A DNA stretch of 64,000 nt from Callorhinchus milii (taxonomy: Eukaryota). The notes under the pieces were generated by a model. It ran no database searches, was not told the origin of the DNA, and was given only the letters and a program-made list of their open reading frames with translations. Position numbers and translations under genes: made by a program. Each line of letters starts with the position of its first letter. Position 1 is the stretch's first letter. Location of the stretch: the NCBI RefSeq assembly GCF_018977255.1, contig NW_024704743.1:108006001-108070000 (forward strand), given 5' to 3'. Shown in pieces: positions 52,901-64,000 of this stretch.

Positions 52901-53740
52901 CACCATGCTTAAGAGTACCCAAACCAAAGAGTCCTGTAGCTCAGTGGTTAGAGCACTCGCCTCGCAAGTGAGAGACACGAGTTCGATTCCCAGCAGGGCA
53001 AAACCTTGGGCCAGTTTCTTTACTCCACACGCCTGACAATAATCCTTCAAGAAAAAAAATGCAATTGGTCACTTCAATCCACGACTGTTTATGGGACACT
53101 GGTATGCGCAATTGGCTGCCGTGTTTCGGCCACAAATATACAGTCAATTCACTTTACAGTATATTCTGTGAAGGGCTTTGAGACATCTAGAAGATGTGAA
53201 AAGCGTTATATCAAACGCAAAGATTATTTATTATTATAGTTCAATGCATCCCATCTATACTTGGAAATTCCAAAAACATTTATTGGCGTGGGATGCACAC
53301 TCTCTCCCTTGAGGAAACATCCTGCTTACACAATTCCGGAGAGCATTAGGTGCCGGTTGACAAGAGCCAAAGCTTGGGGTTGTCAGAGTGTGGGATGAAG
53401 TTCTGCTGGAATCTAACCACCTAAAACTATGTAGCCTGCTGTTGCACTACCTTGCAAGCTTTCCCACCGCTTGTCCAGCTAGAACTTCTCTATTTATCGT
53501 GGATTTGACTTGCAGGGTTAACAGGAGCCGAATGGGAAGAATCCCTGCACCCAGTGACTAGTCTGCCCTTCAAAGTGCTACCGATGAGCCAGGCTGTCTG
53601 TCATCAGCTATGCCCTGGATTTCTGCAGACCCGACTAGTTCAGCAATTGGACTAGCGAGATTGCCACAGAGGCCTGGCTCGATTCTGACATTCCATTGCC
53701 AAAAATCTTGGAGCCAGTTCAGCATCAAGGACACCCTGCT
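52901..53740 (+). repeat. Unclassified dispersed repeat interrupted by a SINE; other copies at 38269-38410, 49696-50060 and 52318-52442
   Basis: Shared caccatgcttaa..gtatccaaa / ggaaattcc / catcctgctta / ttaggtgcagg blocks in the same order. Confidence 0.65.
52929..53237 (+). mobile_element. tRNA-derived SINE, short variant
   Basis: Full head with A and B boxes; inserted into another repeat. Confidence 0.9.
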
Positions 53741-56271
53741 TACCCTCTGCCCAAGGAGGATAGTCAGTCGTTGGACATTGGACATTTAGCTCAGGAAGGT
53801 ATTCTAATGTCTGGGGAATCAGGAAACTATTTCAAATGCTCCCCAAACAGTGTTAGGCTACAGAAATGATGACCTTCACTATCAGAGAGAGCTCTTCATC
53901 GCATTCTACCTTCACGCATGTTGTGGTCTTGATGCAGCATCAATATCTGCACAGCAAAGCTTCTATCCTTCATATATAACCTTCACAACATGCTGAGGTA
54001 TGTTCCTACATGAATCATCACTACCTGTGCAAAAATAGAATAAATATGTTCAAGTGAAATTGGTCCAAAGTAAGTCACTGCGATGCTCATCCATGTTTTC
54101 AAAAGGGCAGCGTTATTAAAGTGGGAGGATTAATAAAAATGTTATGCTAATTTAACTTCTACTGTACTTAAAAGCCAAATATCAATGTTTTCTTTTAAGA
54201 AAATATTATTATTTTTATTACATATTGTGAAAGTTACAGATGCCCAATACAACATCTTCACCTGCAACCTGCTAAATTCTGTTAACAACTCATCTCAGTA
54301 AATTGGATTAATATCTCAGCAAACATCCAGAACTTCTCGGTAAAATACAATTGAAGTGGCTGTCAATTGTTCTGGTGAGATAGTCCATCCAACAGGAAGA
54401 TGCAAAGCTAAGCAGTACAATAGTCAGTGCCTTGGGAGTCACCAGAATCAACTATTAGAATAGGGATGTTTTTGTAACTTTCTTTTAAAAGCAGAGCTTG
54501 CTACTGTAACCCCCCCCCAGATAGATTGTAGAGGATTATTCAGACCATAGGAATTCTACTAAAAGGACTACATAATTTAATACACATTTATTTTGTCGTC
54601 TTCTGTTTATATTGGATGCAAATGTCATGACAGGAGGTAGTAGCCTGCTGATTCTGTGCCGCATAACTGATCCAGGAGTAATTTCTGTGGCTACTACAGG
54701 AGAACACCTGCAATTAGGTTTAGAACTCCTCCTGGTATTCTTTAAAGTTGGATTTGTACATTAATATTAGTTTACTGTAACTATACTTCATTTCAAACAT
54801 CAATCATGCATGTGTGGGCCACAGAGTGGTGTGTAACTCCAACGAGCAGTGCAGTACAATATTTATGGTGTTTGCTATAGCTGGTGGGTCTTTGCCATAC
54901 CTTTGGATTCCCCAGTTGGATAAACTTGACGTACGTCCCACTCACATGAAACCTCCGCTATAATGGAAAATTCTGCTGCTCGGTCACTTACAATATAGGC
55001 CTGCCAACACCTCACCGGAATGCACCACTGAGTTGCAGTTAAGAGGAATCTCAGGGCTTGCTAGGGTCAAGGTGATACCTACCAGCAGGGCAATATATTC
55101 AGTCTAATATGGTTCTCTGCAGTTTAGTTCTGTGCAAAAGTTTTTAATTCCACACAGGAGGGTTAAATCTCTGAGCATCTCCAGAATACAATGTGTAAAA
55201 TATTGCAACCTCCCCAGCATCAAATATTCTTTGAAAGTCAAATTTTAGAGTTGATATTTTGCATATGGTTTCAGAAATGCATTCTCCTTTGCCATGATGA
55301 AGGCGGTGCTCAAGCGTCCTCCATCTCGCTCCCTTCCCTCATCCCCTTGGTTATTTTTGAACATTCATTTTCTGACCAGGTAGAAATACAGATCACAAAT
55401 CCACACATTATCATCTTTGTGTCTTTGAATGTAATGATTTTCAATTTAAGACTCATTCTTAAACACTGAACAAAAATGCTGCTGAAATCATACATATTTG
55501 AACTCATACATAGTTATCAAATTAAAAGGGTATGACATTGTACTTCAGAAGTACTAGAATTATGCAGTGCAGTATTTGCTTTAGCACCAAAGTGCCTTGA
55601 AACAAGAGTCCAATATTTATATTTTGAAATTCCATTTCAATAGATGACAGTGCTCTAGTTTTCAAAATGGGTCAAGTACTCCATATTTAGTACAAAGAAA
55701 GTTAGACACACATCCTAGGGCCTACAATGGATTATATAAGTCCCCTTGTTCCCACTTACATGATCCATTCCCTTCCAATGTTATTGAAATGTCATTTCTA
55801 TTCCAGAATATAATAGTCTATCCAAACACCCTCATGCTAACATTCCTAGATTTAATCCTGAAATACAACTCTCCTCTTCCCGTGGGAATTCTCCTTCATG
55901 GTCAAGGCAGCACAAACAGAAGCTGGTATAGGAGTTCATAGTTTCCCAATGCATTGTGTTCACTGTAGTGTAAATAGTACATAGCACAGAACAATGAACC
56001 AATCCTTAGAAAATCACCTTTCACCCAAAATTAGAAATGGGTGTACTTGAAATCTTAAAAATTGTTTCTATTGAGGTGGAAGGTAGAAAAGGCAACAGAG
56101 ACTGAACTGATATGAAGAAGCACATCAACAAAATACAATGTGTAAAAGATTGCAACCTCCCCATGCTTTCAGGCTTCCATTTATTCAGATGGAAAAGTTT
56201 TCAATATATGCAAAGGTCAATGTTAAATATTCTTTGAAAATCAAATCTTGTGGAGTCCTGTAGTTCAGTGG

Positions 56272-56562
56272 TTAGAGCACTCGCTTCGCAAGCGAGAGAC
56301 CTGGGTTCAATTCCCGGCAGGGCATAACCTTGGGCAAGTTTCCTTACTCCACACGCCTAATAATAATCCCTCAAGAAAAAAACAATAATAAATTGGTCAC
56401 TTCAATCCATGACTGTTTGTGGGACACTGCTATATGCAATTGGCTGCCGCATTTCGCCCACAAATGCACAGTCAATTCACTTTACAGTATATTCTGTAAA
56501 GAGTTTTGAGACGTCTAGAAGACCTGAAAGGTGCTGAATTAAATGCAAGGATTATTATATTA
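56272..56562 (+). mobile_element. tRNA-derived SINE, short variant
   Basis: Full head, short body, tail. Confidence 0.9.
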
Positions 56563-56939
56563 CTATAACAGGTTTAAAGCAGATCTTAGTATGCCCCACA
56601 AGGCAATGTGATGTGGAACCAATAATAAGAACCGATAATAGGAAGTAAAGAAACTTAAGGAGAAAAACAAGCATACAAGTCAATCATGGTGGCTTTGCAT
56701 GTATTTTAATCGTCTATTGCTTGTTTTGCACTCCCAACAACAACCATTGGTGACCAAGCCATCAGGCACTATGCCCCTGTCCTATGGAACTATCTTTCCT
56801 TTATAACTTTTTTAAAAAGCACATCTCTTTAACTGTGATTAACATCCTTAGAGCTTCCTTCTTCTCCCCCCCTTCCCTTATGCTCTGTGAATTAGCGTTG
56901 TGCTGCTGGACAATGAAGAAAGAATATAATAAGTCTTTG

Positions 56940-57280
56940 TGTTTGATATAGCACCTTATCACTTCAAAACATCTCAGCACGCTTCATAGAGTTTCCTTGT
57001 AAGAATAGTATCTGTAGGCAAATACAACAACCAATTTCCACACAACAATGTCCCACATGAAATCAGTGAATGACCTTGTTTTAATCTGGAGACTGTTGGC
57101 CAGGAGACTGAGATAAACTTCATTTTTTTTTGAATAGTACAATGGGATCTTTAACGTCCACCTGAATAGGTAGACTGGAGTTTAGATTAATGACTAATTC
57201 GTAGGACAGCACCTCCAATGATGACTGCATTGGACCTCAAAGTCCCGATATGGGGTTGGATCCACAACCTTCAAACCAGA
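56940..57280 (-). mobile_element. DeuSINE-like copy
   Basis: tgggatctttaacgtccacctga core. Confidence 0.55.
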
Positions 57281-58548
57281 GGTCTGTATAATGCACATTG
57301 CATATGGCAGGATTGAAAATATGTTCCTATAATTTTAGACTAATAGCCAAATGGATTTCACTGGTGCTTCATATTCTTATTAAACTAATTTTATGCACAA
57401 GATACTTCATCCTGAACCACAAACCAACTATTGACATGAGGGGGAGAAAAGAGTTTCAAAACGACTGAGGTCCACTATATGTCACTGCGATGCTCATCAT
57501 ACTACAGATCACTACATGAGTGAATAGGATAGTATTTTAAATAAATTTTATATACCTGATGACTTGACTTGCACCAGTAACAACTGGGATGTTGAAATAA
57601 TCACAATATCCCAAATCCTCACTGGGTTACAAATACCCAAAGTCACCAGACTGAAGTGCATTATATTGTCATCCATTCAGAACCAGTTCAATAATAATAA
57701 TCCTTGCATTTACAATATAGTGAATAGATCTTGTTATGCAAGTTGCAATGTTATGCAATGGTGCAAATGCATCTTACAGAAATACAACGTAATTGTCAAT
57801 AGTTTATCTCGTTTTAGACTGTTCCCTTTTTTACACTGATCCAGAATTGCTTCTTTTGCAACCCCACCCTCTGACATAAACTGTCTTGGAATTAGTTGAA
57901 TTTTGGGGGGCAAGTGTAGCAAAAGTCCTTTGCGCCAAGAACAAATTTCAAAGGGCTTCAAATGCAAATAAACATTCCTTCTGCTTCTTTTGCACTTCAG
58001 CACACAGTCACATTTCGATACATCATCCAGACACAAGTTCAGAACTTAATGTTTAACTGACATCAATGAAATCCCAACAATAATCCTTGCATTTACAATC
58101 CCCCACAAACCATGCAGATGAAAAGCAAATAAACCCAAAGCAACCAGGCACCACGTAGGTTTATTGTCCATTTCCTGAGCCCCTGGACCACTTCAGCACA
58201 GAACACGGGACTGTGCACAGAAGGAAGCAATTTGAGACTGAAGCAGTTCCGCTCAGACATCATTTCCAATTGCATATTCCCTCAACTCCCCACCGTGTCT
58301 GTGTGGCAGAGGACCGACCGCACGTCCAGTCCAGATCTGTCCCGTTTCAACCCCCCCCCCGGGGGCGGCCTCTGGTGTATGAACAGCTTCCAATCAGTGC
58401 ACCAGTTCAGTTGTCCCCCCCAAAAAAAGTTATCAGATGCAAAGGGTTTGATTTGCACGATCGAAACCCACCCCCACCCCAGCGAGGGGGTTTATTTTTT
58501 TGTTGTATTTTTTTCAATCCGATTCCCACCCCCCAAAAAAGGTACCCG

Positions 58549-58959
58549 AGGAGGGGAGGGAGAGGGGAGGGATGAGGGGAGAGAGGGAGAGAGAGAGAGG
58601 GAGGAGAGGAGAGGGAGGGAGGGGGAGAGAGAGGGAGGGGGAGAGAGAGGGAGGGGGGGAGAGAGGGAGGGGGAGAGAGAGGGAGGGGAGAGAGAGCGAG
58701 GGGAGAGAGAGGGAGGGGAGAGAGAGGGAGGGGAGAGAGAGGGAGGGGAGAGAGAGCGAGGGAGAGAGAGAGAGGGAGGGGGGGGAGAGGGAGAGAGGGA
58801 GGAGAGAGGGAGGGGGGAGAGAGAGGGAGGGGGGAGAGAGGGGGGGGAGAGGGAGGGGAGAGGGGGGGGAGAGAGGGAGGGAGAGGGAGCGGGGGGAGAG
58901 GGAGGGAGAGAGAGGGAGAGGGAGGGGGGAAGGAGAAGGGGGGGGAGAGGGAGAGGGAA
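58549..58959. repeat. About 410-bp GA/G-rich polypurine low-complexity tract
   Basis: Almost only G and A on the + strand, with GAGGGAGGGGAGAGA-type units. Confidence 0.95.
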
Positions 58960-59229
58960 GTTTTCACACCGAAACGGTGTGTGAAAAAAAAATCTGAACA
59001 AAAATGCAGCAGCTGCTGAGAGCAGAGCCTCCGGACAAACAGACAAACAAACAGACAAACAAACAACCCCCAAAAAGGACTCGTACCTGAGCCCGAGCAG
59101 GTGATCAAGAATGGCTTTAGAAGGCCATTCGCCACCACCGCAGTCTCACCCGATCACGAAGCTGATCGTGTGGGCGCCTGTGCATATGTGTGTGTATACA
59201 CATATATATATATATATGAAAATAAACAG

Positions 59230-60320
59230 CGGTGCAACGGGTGTCGCAGCTCACGACACCCGTCCCATCCGTCCCCACCCCACCCGCACGCTGTGAGGTT
59301 GGGGTGGGTTTCAATGCTCAATAAAACCGCACCGCGCAGCCTCTCCAGCCCCCGGGGCGGGGCGGGGTGGGGGGACCGACAGGCGAGCAGAGCCGAGCCG
59401 AGCCGTGCAGAGCAGCCCCAGGCAGACAGCAACGCCACACAGCACAGCGACTGCACACACACACACACACACACACAGCAGCAGCGGCGGCGGCGGCACC
59501 TCCTCCCTCCCTCTCCCACCCCTACAACCAGTGCTCACTCACTCACTCACCTCTCCTGGAGGTTGGATTGCTTCCCTTGGACTTGCTCTTGGGGCCCATC
59601 TCTGCCTCTCTCTCTCTCTCTCGCTGTGCTATGACACGGAATGGAACGCTCCGCTCGGCGCCGCGCTCTCAACCTAACCCGCTACACCGCACCGCACCGC
59701 ACGGGCAGCTCGGCCAAGGCGGGGGGGGGCGGGCGGGGACAAGTCACTGAGGGGCAGGTCCAGCCCGCCAATCAGCGCCCGGCACCCCACCCCCGCCGAC
59801 ACGCCGGCTCGCCATTGGTGGAAGGCAGCCGAAGCCCCGCCCCCGGGCAGAAAGACCCGCCCCCCCCCTCCGGCCCCGCCCCCTCCCCATCAGGTTCGGT
59901 TGAGCCGCCGCGGACGGCGTTTGGAACGTGGCAACATGGAAGCGCCGAAGCCTCGCGAGACGCCGCTCCCCCCCCGCCCCGCCCCCCCCTCACACACACA
60001 CACACACACAGTAACCTCCCCCCCCCCCCCCAACACTCAATGCACAATACATCAGCAAAGCTGCAGCCGGTAGACCATACACTAACCCCACAAAAAGTTT
60101 GTGTGAGGGTTTGAGGCTTCATCTAAGGGTTTGGTTTTTTTTGGGGGGGGGTTTGCAAAAAAAAATATAGGGCAAACAGTGGGAAAAAAAATCTTGCGCC
60201 AAGTCATCCTTCGCTGGGACTGGAGGGAGGGGACTGTCCAGGTGGCAGAGCTGGGCTGCTTTCAGGGCTGAGCTCCTGTCCCCGTTTGCACCGCCGCGAC
60301 ACACCCGCGGGAAAGAACTT
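59230..60320 (-). promoter_or_regulatory. CpG island / ASPH P1 promoter
   Basis: High GC and CpG content against a CpG-poor background. GC boxes near 59730, 59836 and 59873; CCAAT at 59768-59772 (+) and 59814-59818 (-); surrounds exon 1. Confidence 0.85.
59551..59599 (-). CDS. ASPH: ASPH exon 1 coding part (MGPKSKSKGSNPTSRR + phase-1 G)
   Basis: ATG at 59599 inside the CpG island, followed by a G|gtgagt donor. Phase 1 joins the TM exon in frame. Resembles recalled mammalian exon 1 (MAQRKNAK...GARR). Confidence 0.85.
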
Positions 60321-60461
60321 GCCAAAAAAATTAAAACTTAACACACAACAAAACGGAGAGGTTTATCGCATGCAACAGCAGGGAGCAACGTGTCTTGCAT
60401 CGCAATTGAACGGAAATAACTCATACAGAGCCGATACGCACAGAAGCAATTGATGATGATG

Positions 60462-60815
60462 ATAATCCTTGCATTTGATATAGCGCCTTATGTCTTTGAG
60501 ATGTCTCAATGCACTTCACAGGATACACTGCAAAGCCAATTGCTATATTTTGTGGGCGAAATGTGGCAGCCAGTAGAGCATCGCAGTATCCCATAAACAG
60601 TCATGGATTGAGTGACCAATTTTTTTTTAGGGGATTACTACTGCTGGAAAAGCGATCCGCCAAATGACTTAATAACCAGGTTCCTACTTACTGCTGGTAA
60701 AGAGAGGCGTGTGGAGTAATGAAACTTGCCCAAAGTTTCGCCCTGTCCAGAAATCAAAGCCAGACCCTTTCACCTGAGAGGCGAGTGTTCTAACCACAAA
60801 GATACAGGACTCCAC
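60462..60815 (-). mobile_element. tRNA-derived SINE, long variant
   Basis: Reverse complement of the family consensus. Confidence 0.88.
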
Positions 60816-61029
60816 AATTAACTTTTGTATTTAATTCAGTATTAAATACAATTAAACACAATATCCTCCTCTGTGAGTCCAGACCATTGTGGCCAGATCC
60901 TCATTCACAGTACATGGTCTGCCTTTCTGAGTCCTGCCAATGAGCCTGGTCTGTTCTCAGCCCTGCCCTGGAGTACTGTGACCCACTTGGTTCAGGAACT
61001 GCAGAGATTGCAACAGAGGGTTGACTGAA

Positions 61030-61235
61030 TTCCACGGGATCTTTGACATCCACCCGAATAGGCAGATAGAACCTTTGTTTAACATTTCATCTGAAGGATG
61101 ACACTTTGATAATGCATTGGTCTCCCAGGACTGTACTGGAATGTCAGCCAAGACTGAGTTCCCTGATGTGGAGCTTGAACCTACAATCTTCTGACTCAGT
61201 GGTGAGAATGCTACCAATTGAGCCAGGCTGACAAC
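61030..61235 (-). mobile_element. DeuSINE-like copy (head and core)
   Basis: gggatctttgacatccacc core; cttgaacc and caattgagcc are B/A-box complements. Confidence 0.55.
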
Positions 61236-61559
61236 TGACTGACCTGTGCAGAGCACAACAGTGAAACATATGCTCTGGATGAACAACTATCTTTAACAAA
61301 AGTGATTGACATCATTAATATGATCAGAAGTCTTGTTGATTTTTTAAGATTCCAAACATTGGGGCAGATATGGAGACCAAATGGGCCACTACTGTCTTTT
61401 GTTTACTAACGTTCTTATCCTGAGGGCACACAGGATCACATAAATGATTTATTAGCATCACCGTGACAGATCTAGACAAGATCATTTGTTTTTGTTTTGT
61501 TGAATAACATTGAGGTTATTGAATTGTTGCTTTTATTTTGTTCAATAAACTTAGAGGTT

Positions 61560-61700
61560 AACAACAACAAATTACATTTGTATAGGGTCTTTCACATCGG
61601 GAGGACGTTGCAGGGCACTGGACAGTCAGAGATTGGGACCCGAGCTAGGGGTTGGGATTAGGAGTGGTGGAGATCAGAGTGGATGGGGGTAGGAGGGTGA
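61560..61700 (-). mobile_element. L2 3'-tail fragment
   Basis: acaacaacaaattacatttgtatagg...cacatcgggaggacg tail. Confidence 0.7.
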
Positions 61701-61734
61701 AACCCTACCTCTGGCTAACATTGCATTCTACAGT

Positions 61735-62083
61735 GGAATCCCGTAGCTCAGTGGTTAGAGCACTCGCCTCGCAAGCGAGAGATCTGGGTTCAATTCCCGG
61801 TAGGGCGAAATATTGGACAAATTTCCTTACTCCATATGCCTCTGTTTACCTAGCAGTAAGTAGGAACCTGGTTGTTAGTCGATTGGCGGATCGCTTTTTG
61901 GGGGGTAATAATTCCTTGAAAAAAATTGGTCACTTCAATCCATGACTGCTGTGAGCAATTGGCTGCCATGTTTCGCCCACAAAATATACAGTCAATTCAC
62001 TTTGCAGTATATTCTGTGAAGCACTTTGAGACATTTCGAAGACATGATAAGTGCTACATCAAATGCAAGGATTTTTTTTATTA
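61735..62083 (+). mobile_element. tRNA-derived SINE, long variant
   Basis: Full head, body and tail. Confidence 0.9.
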
Positions 62084-62187
62084 TAAACTGTGATCAACAT
62101 TAAACTGAAGTGGGATGCTCTCTTATGACTACTAATTCCAGTTGGGCTGCTCAGTTCTTTACCCTTTTCAGGTCAATAAACAAGAGC

Positions 62188-62520
62188 ACCTGGGTTCAAT
62201 TCCTAGCAGGGTCAAACATTGGGCAAGTTTCCATACTCTACACACCTAGCAGTGAGTAGCAACTCAGCCATTAGTTGATTGGCAGATCGCTTTTCCGGGG
62301 TAATAATCCCTTCAAAAAAATGAAAATAAATAATAATAATAATTTGATCGCTTGATCCACGACTGTTTGTGAGACACTGCTGTGCGCAATTGGCTGCCGT
62401 ATTTTGACCACAAAATATACAGCCAATTTACTTTACAGTATATTCTGTGAAGCGCTATAAGATGTCTCGAAGACGTGATAAGGCACAATATCAAATGCAA
62501 GGATTATTATTATTATTATT
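62188..62520 (+). mobile_element. tRNA-derived SINE, 5'-truncated
   Basis: B box, body, (ATT)n tail. Confidence 0.85.
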
Positions 62521-62979
62521 ACCTTGCTTTCATCAGTTAATACCTTCGTAGCTGATCTGTCAGCATGGAAATTTTTTTGATTCCAAAACGTAATGGTTTA
62601 CTACAGTAATAATGGCATCATGCCAGATTAGGTTTAATCATTAGAAATCTAGTCTAAAAAAGCTGTATTTTAAGATCATGCTTCGTCTATTAGCTTTCAA
62701 CATCTAGTGTATATAAGATCATGCTTATTTATGAAACAATATGCTTGCTATTAGGAAAGACTGTAACAGATCACCTTGGCTGTGATCACACAGTAAACAT
62801 GATTTAAGACAGTAAGCAGATTTAGCAATGAACATCCAACCAACATCTTTCAATTTATTAAATCAGTTCAAAATGCATTTGTGTGTAAAATTGCAACAAT
62901 CATGATTTGTCCACCGTAATTTTTTGTACTGTTATTTATGTAGGAATATTATTATTATTATTATAATATGCACTCAGCA

Positions 62980-64000
62980 CCAGACTGCCTATCAGACATC
63001 AAGTTCTGGATGAGAGCTGACTTTCTCCAGTTGAATGTCAACAAGACATCAGCACATCTATACCTCGGCCCCTGACAGCATCACCCTCATGGATGCACTC
63101 TACACTTCATGGAGCCAATACGAACTTTGGCGTACTGTTTGACCCTCAACTGTGCTTCATAACCGACATCCGTGCCATGACCCGCTCCATCTTTTCCCAC
63201 CTCCGCAACATTGCCGGACTCTAGCACTGTCTCTCACTGCAGGCCCCGACACCCTCATCCACACGTTCATCACATCCAGGCTCAACTATGCAAACTCCCC
63301 CACATCCAACCCAGTGGGTGACATCCAGCCCAGTCGGTCACCTCCTCTTCACCCTCTATATGCTCCCCCTTGGTGACATCATCCGCAGACATGGGGTTAA
63401 CTTCCACATGTATGCGGATGACACCCAACTCTACCTTTCCTCTTCTACCCTCAACTCCACGACCACCGATGTCCTGACAGCCTGTCTGTCTGACATCGAG
63501 TCCTGGATGAGAGACAACTTTCTTCAGCTCAACGTGCGTAAAACTGAGGCCCTCCTGATTGGCTCACGTCAGCGCCTCCGCACCTCAGGCGCTGACACCA
63601 TCAGCATCCAAGGCTGCACTCTCCACCTCTCAAAGCCGGTCAGGAACCTCGGCGTTCGGTTCAACCCTGAGCTGTCCTTTCTTCCTCATATCCGCACCAC
63701 AACTGGCACCGCCTTCCACCACCTCCAAAACATCACCAGACTACGGCACTACCTCACCCCTCACGCTGCTGAAACACTGGTCCACACCTTTATCACCTCA
63801 AGGCTGGACTATGGGAACTCTCTCCTCGCCGGCCTTCCCGGCACCTCCCTCCACAAGCTGCAGGTCATTCAGAACTCTGCAGCTCGTGTACTGTCCCACA
63901 CCAGGCTTCGGGACCACATCACTCCCACCCTCGCTCACTTCCACTGGCTCCCCATCCCCCAGAGGATCGAATTCAAGATCCTCATCCTCACCTACAAGGC
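62980..64000 (+). mobile_element. Two adjacent L2 fragments: older 62980-63300 and young 63330-64000, running off the window
   Basis: Encodes the [10 protein letters not shown] motif at about 63406-63435; near-identical to the reverse complement of 46780-47395. Confidence 0.9.

Noticed and set aside
52929..53000. tRNA-like sequences (also at 14140-14212, 27769, 56272, 61735)
   Set aside because: They continue into a shared SINE body and tail and differ between copies, so they are SINE heads rather than tRNA genes.
58232..59138. Long ORFs of 165-250 aa on both strands
   Set aside because: They arise from the stop-free GA/CT low-complexity tract.
59101..60325. ORFs of 60-177 aa in the CpG island
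   Set aside because: Expected in GC-rich sequence containing microsatellites; no protein-like content except the 49-nt exon 1.
1..64000. CRISPR array, operon or other prokaryotic system
   Set aside because: No regularly spaced repeat-spacer structure or dense ORF packing; the window is spliced vertebrate DNA.

Overview
Vertebrate genomic DNA: AT-rich introns, a CpG island and many L2 LINE and tRNA-SINE copies. The repeat content suggests a cartilaginous fish, possibly a holocephalan (inference). The window holds the 5' part of the ASPH locus (aspartate beta-hydroxylase/junctin/junctate) on the minus strand. Going downstream: a CpG-island promoter with exon 1 (59551-59599), a muscle-type alternative first exon 1a (42659-42674), the transmembrane exon, a 45-nt cassette exon, the EF-hand-like exon (GC donor), a triadin-like exon that can be internal or terminal, two junctin-specific exons, and nine short acidic luminal exons (9612 down to 604). 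The gene continues past the left edge, and no catalytic-domain exons are in the window. Exon boundaries were read by hand from AG and GT/GC sites and phase-1 compatibility; comparisons with mammalian proteins are from memory, not from a search. I found no convincing novel biological system. The most notable items are the isoform architecture, an apparent 1-nt frameshift in one exon, a 48-bp inverted repeat beside exon 1a, SINE/LINE tail sharing and an unclassified dispersed repeat.
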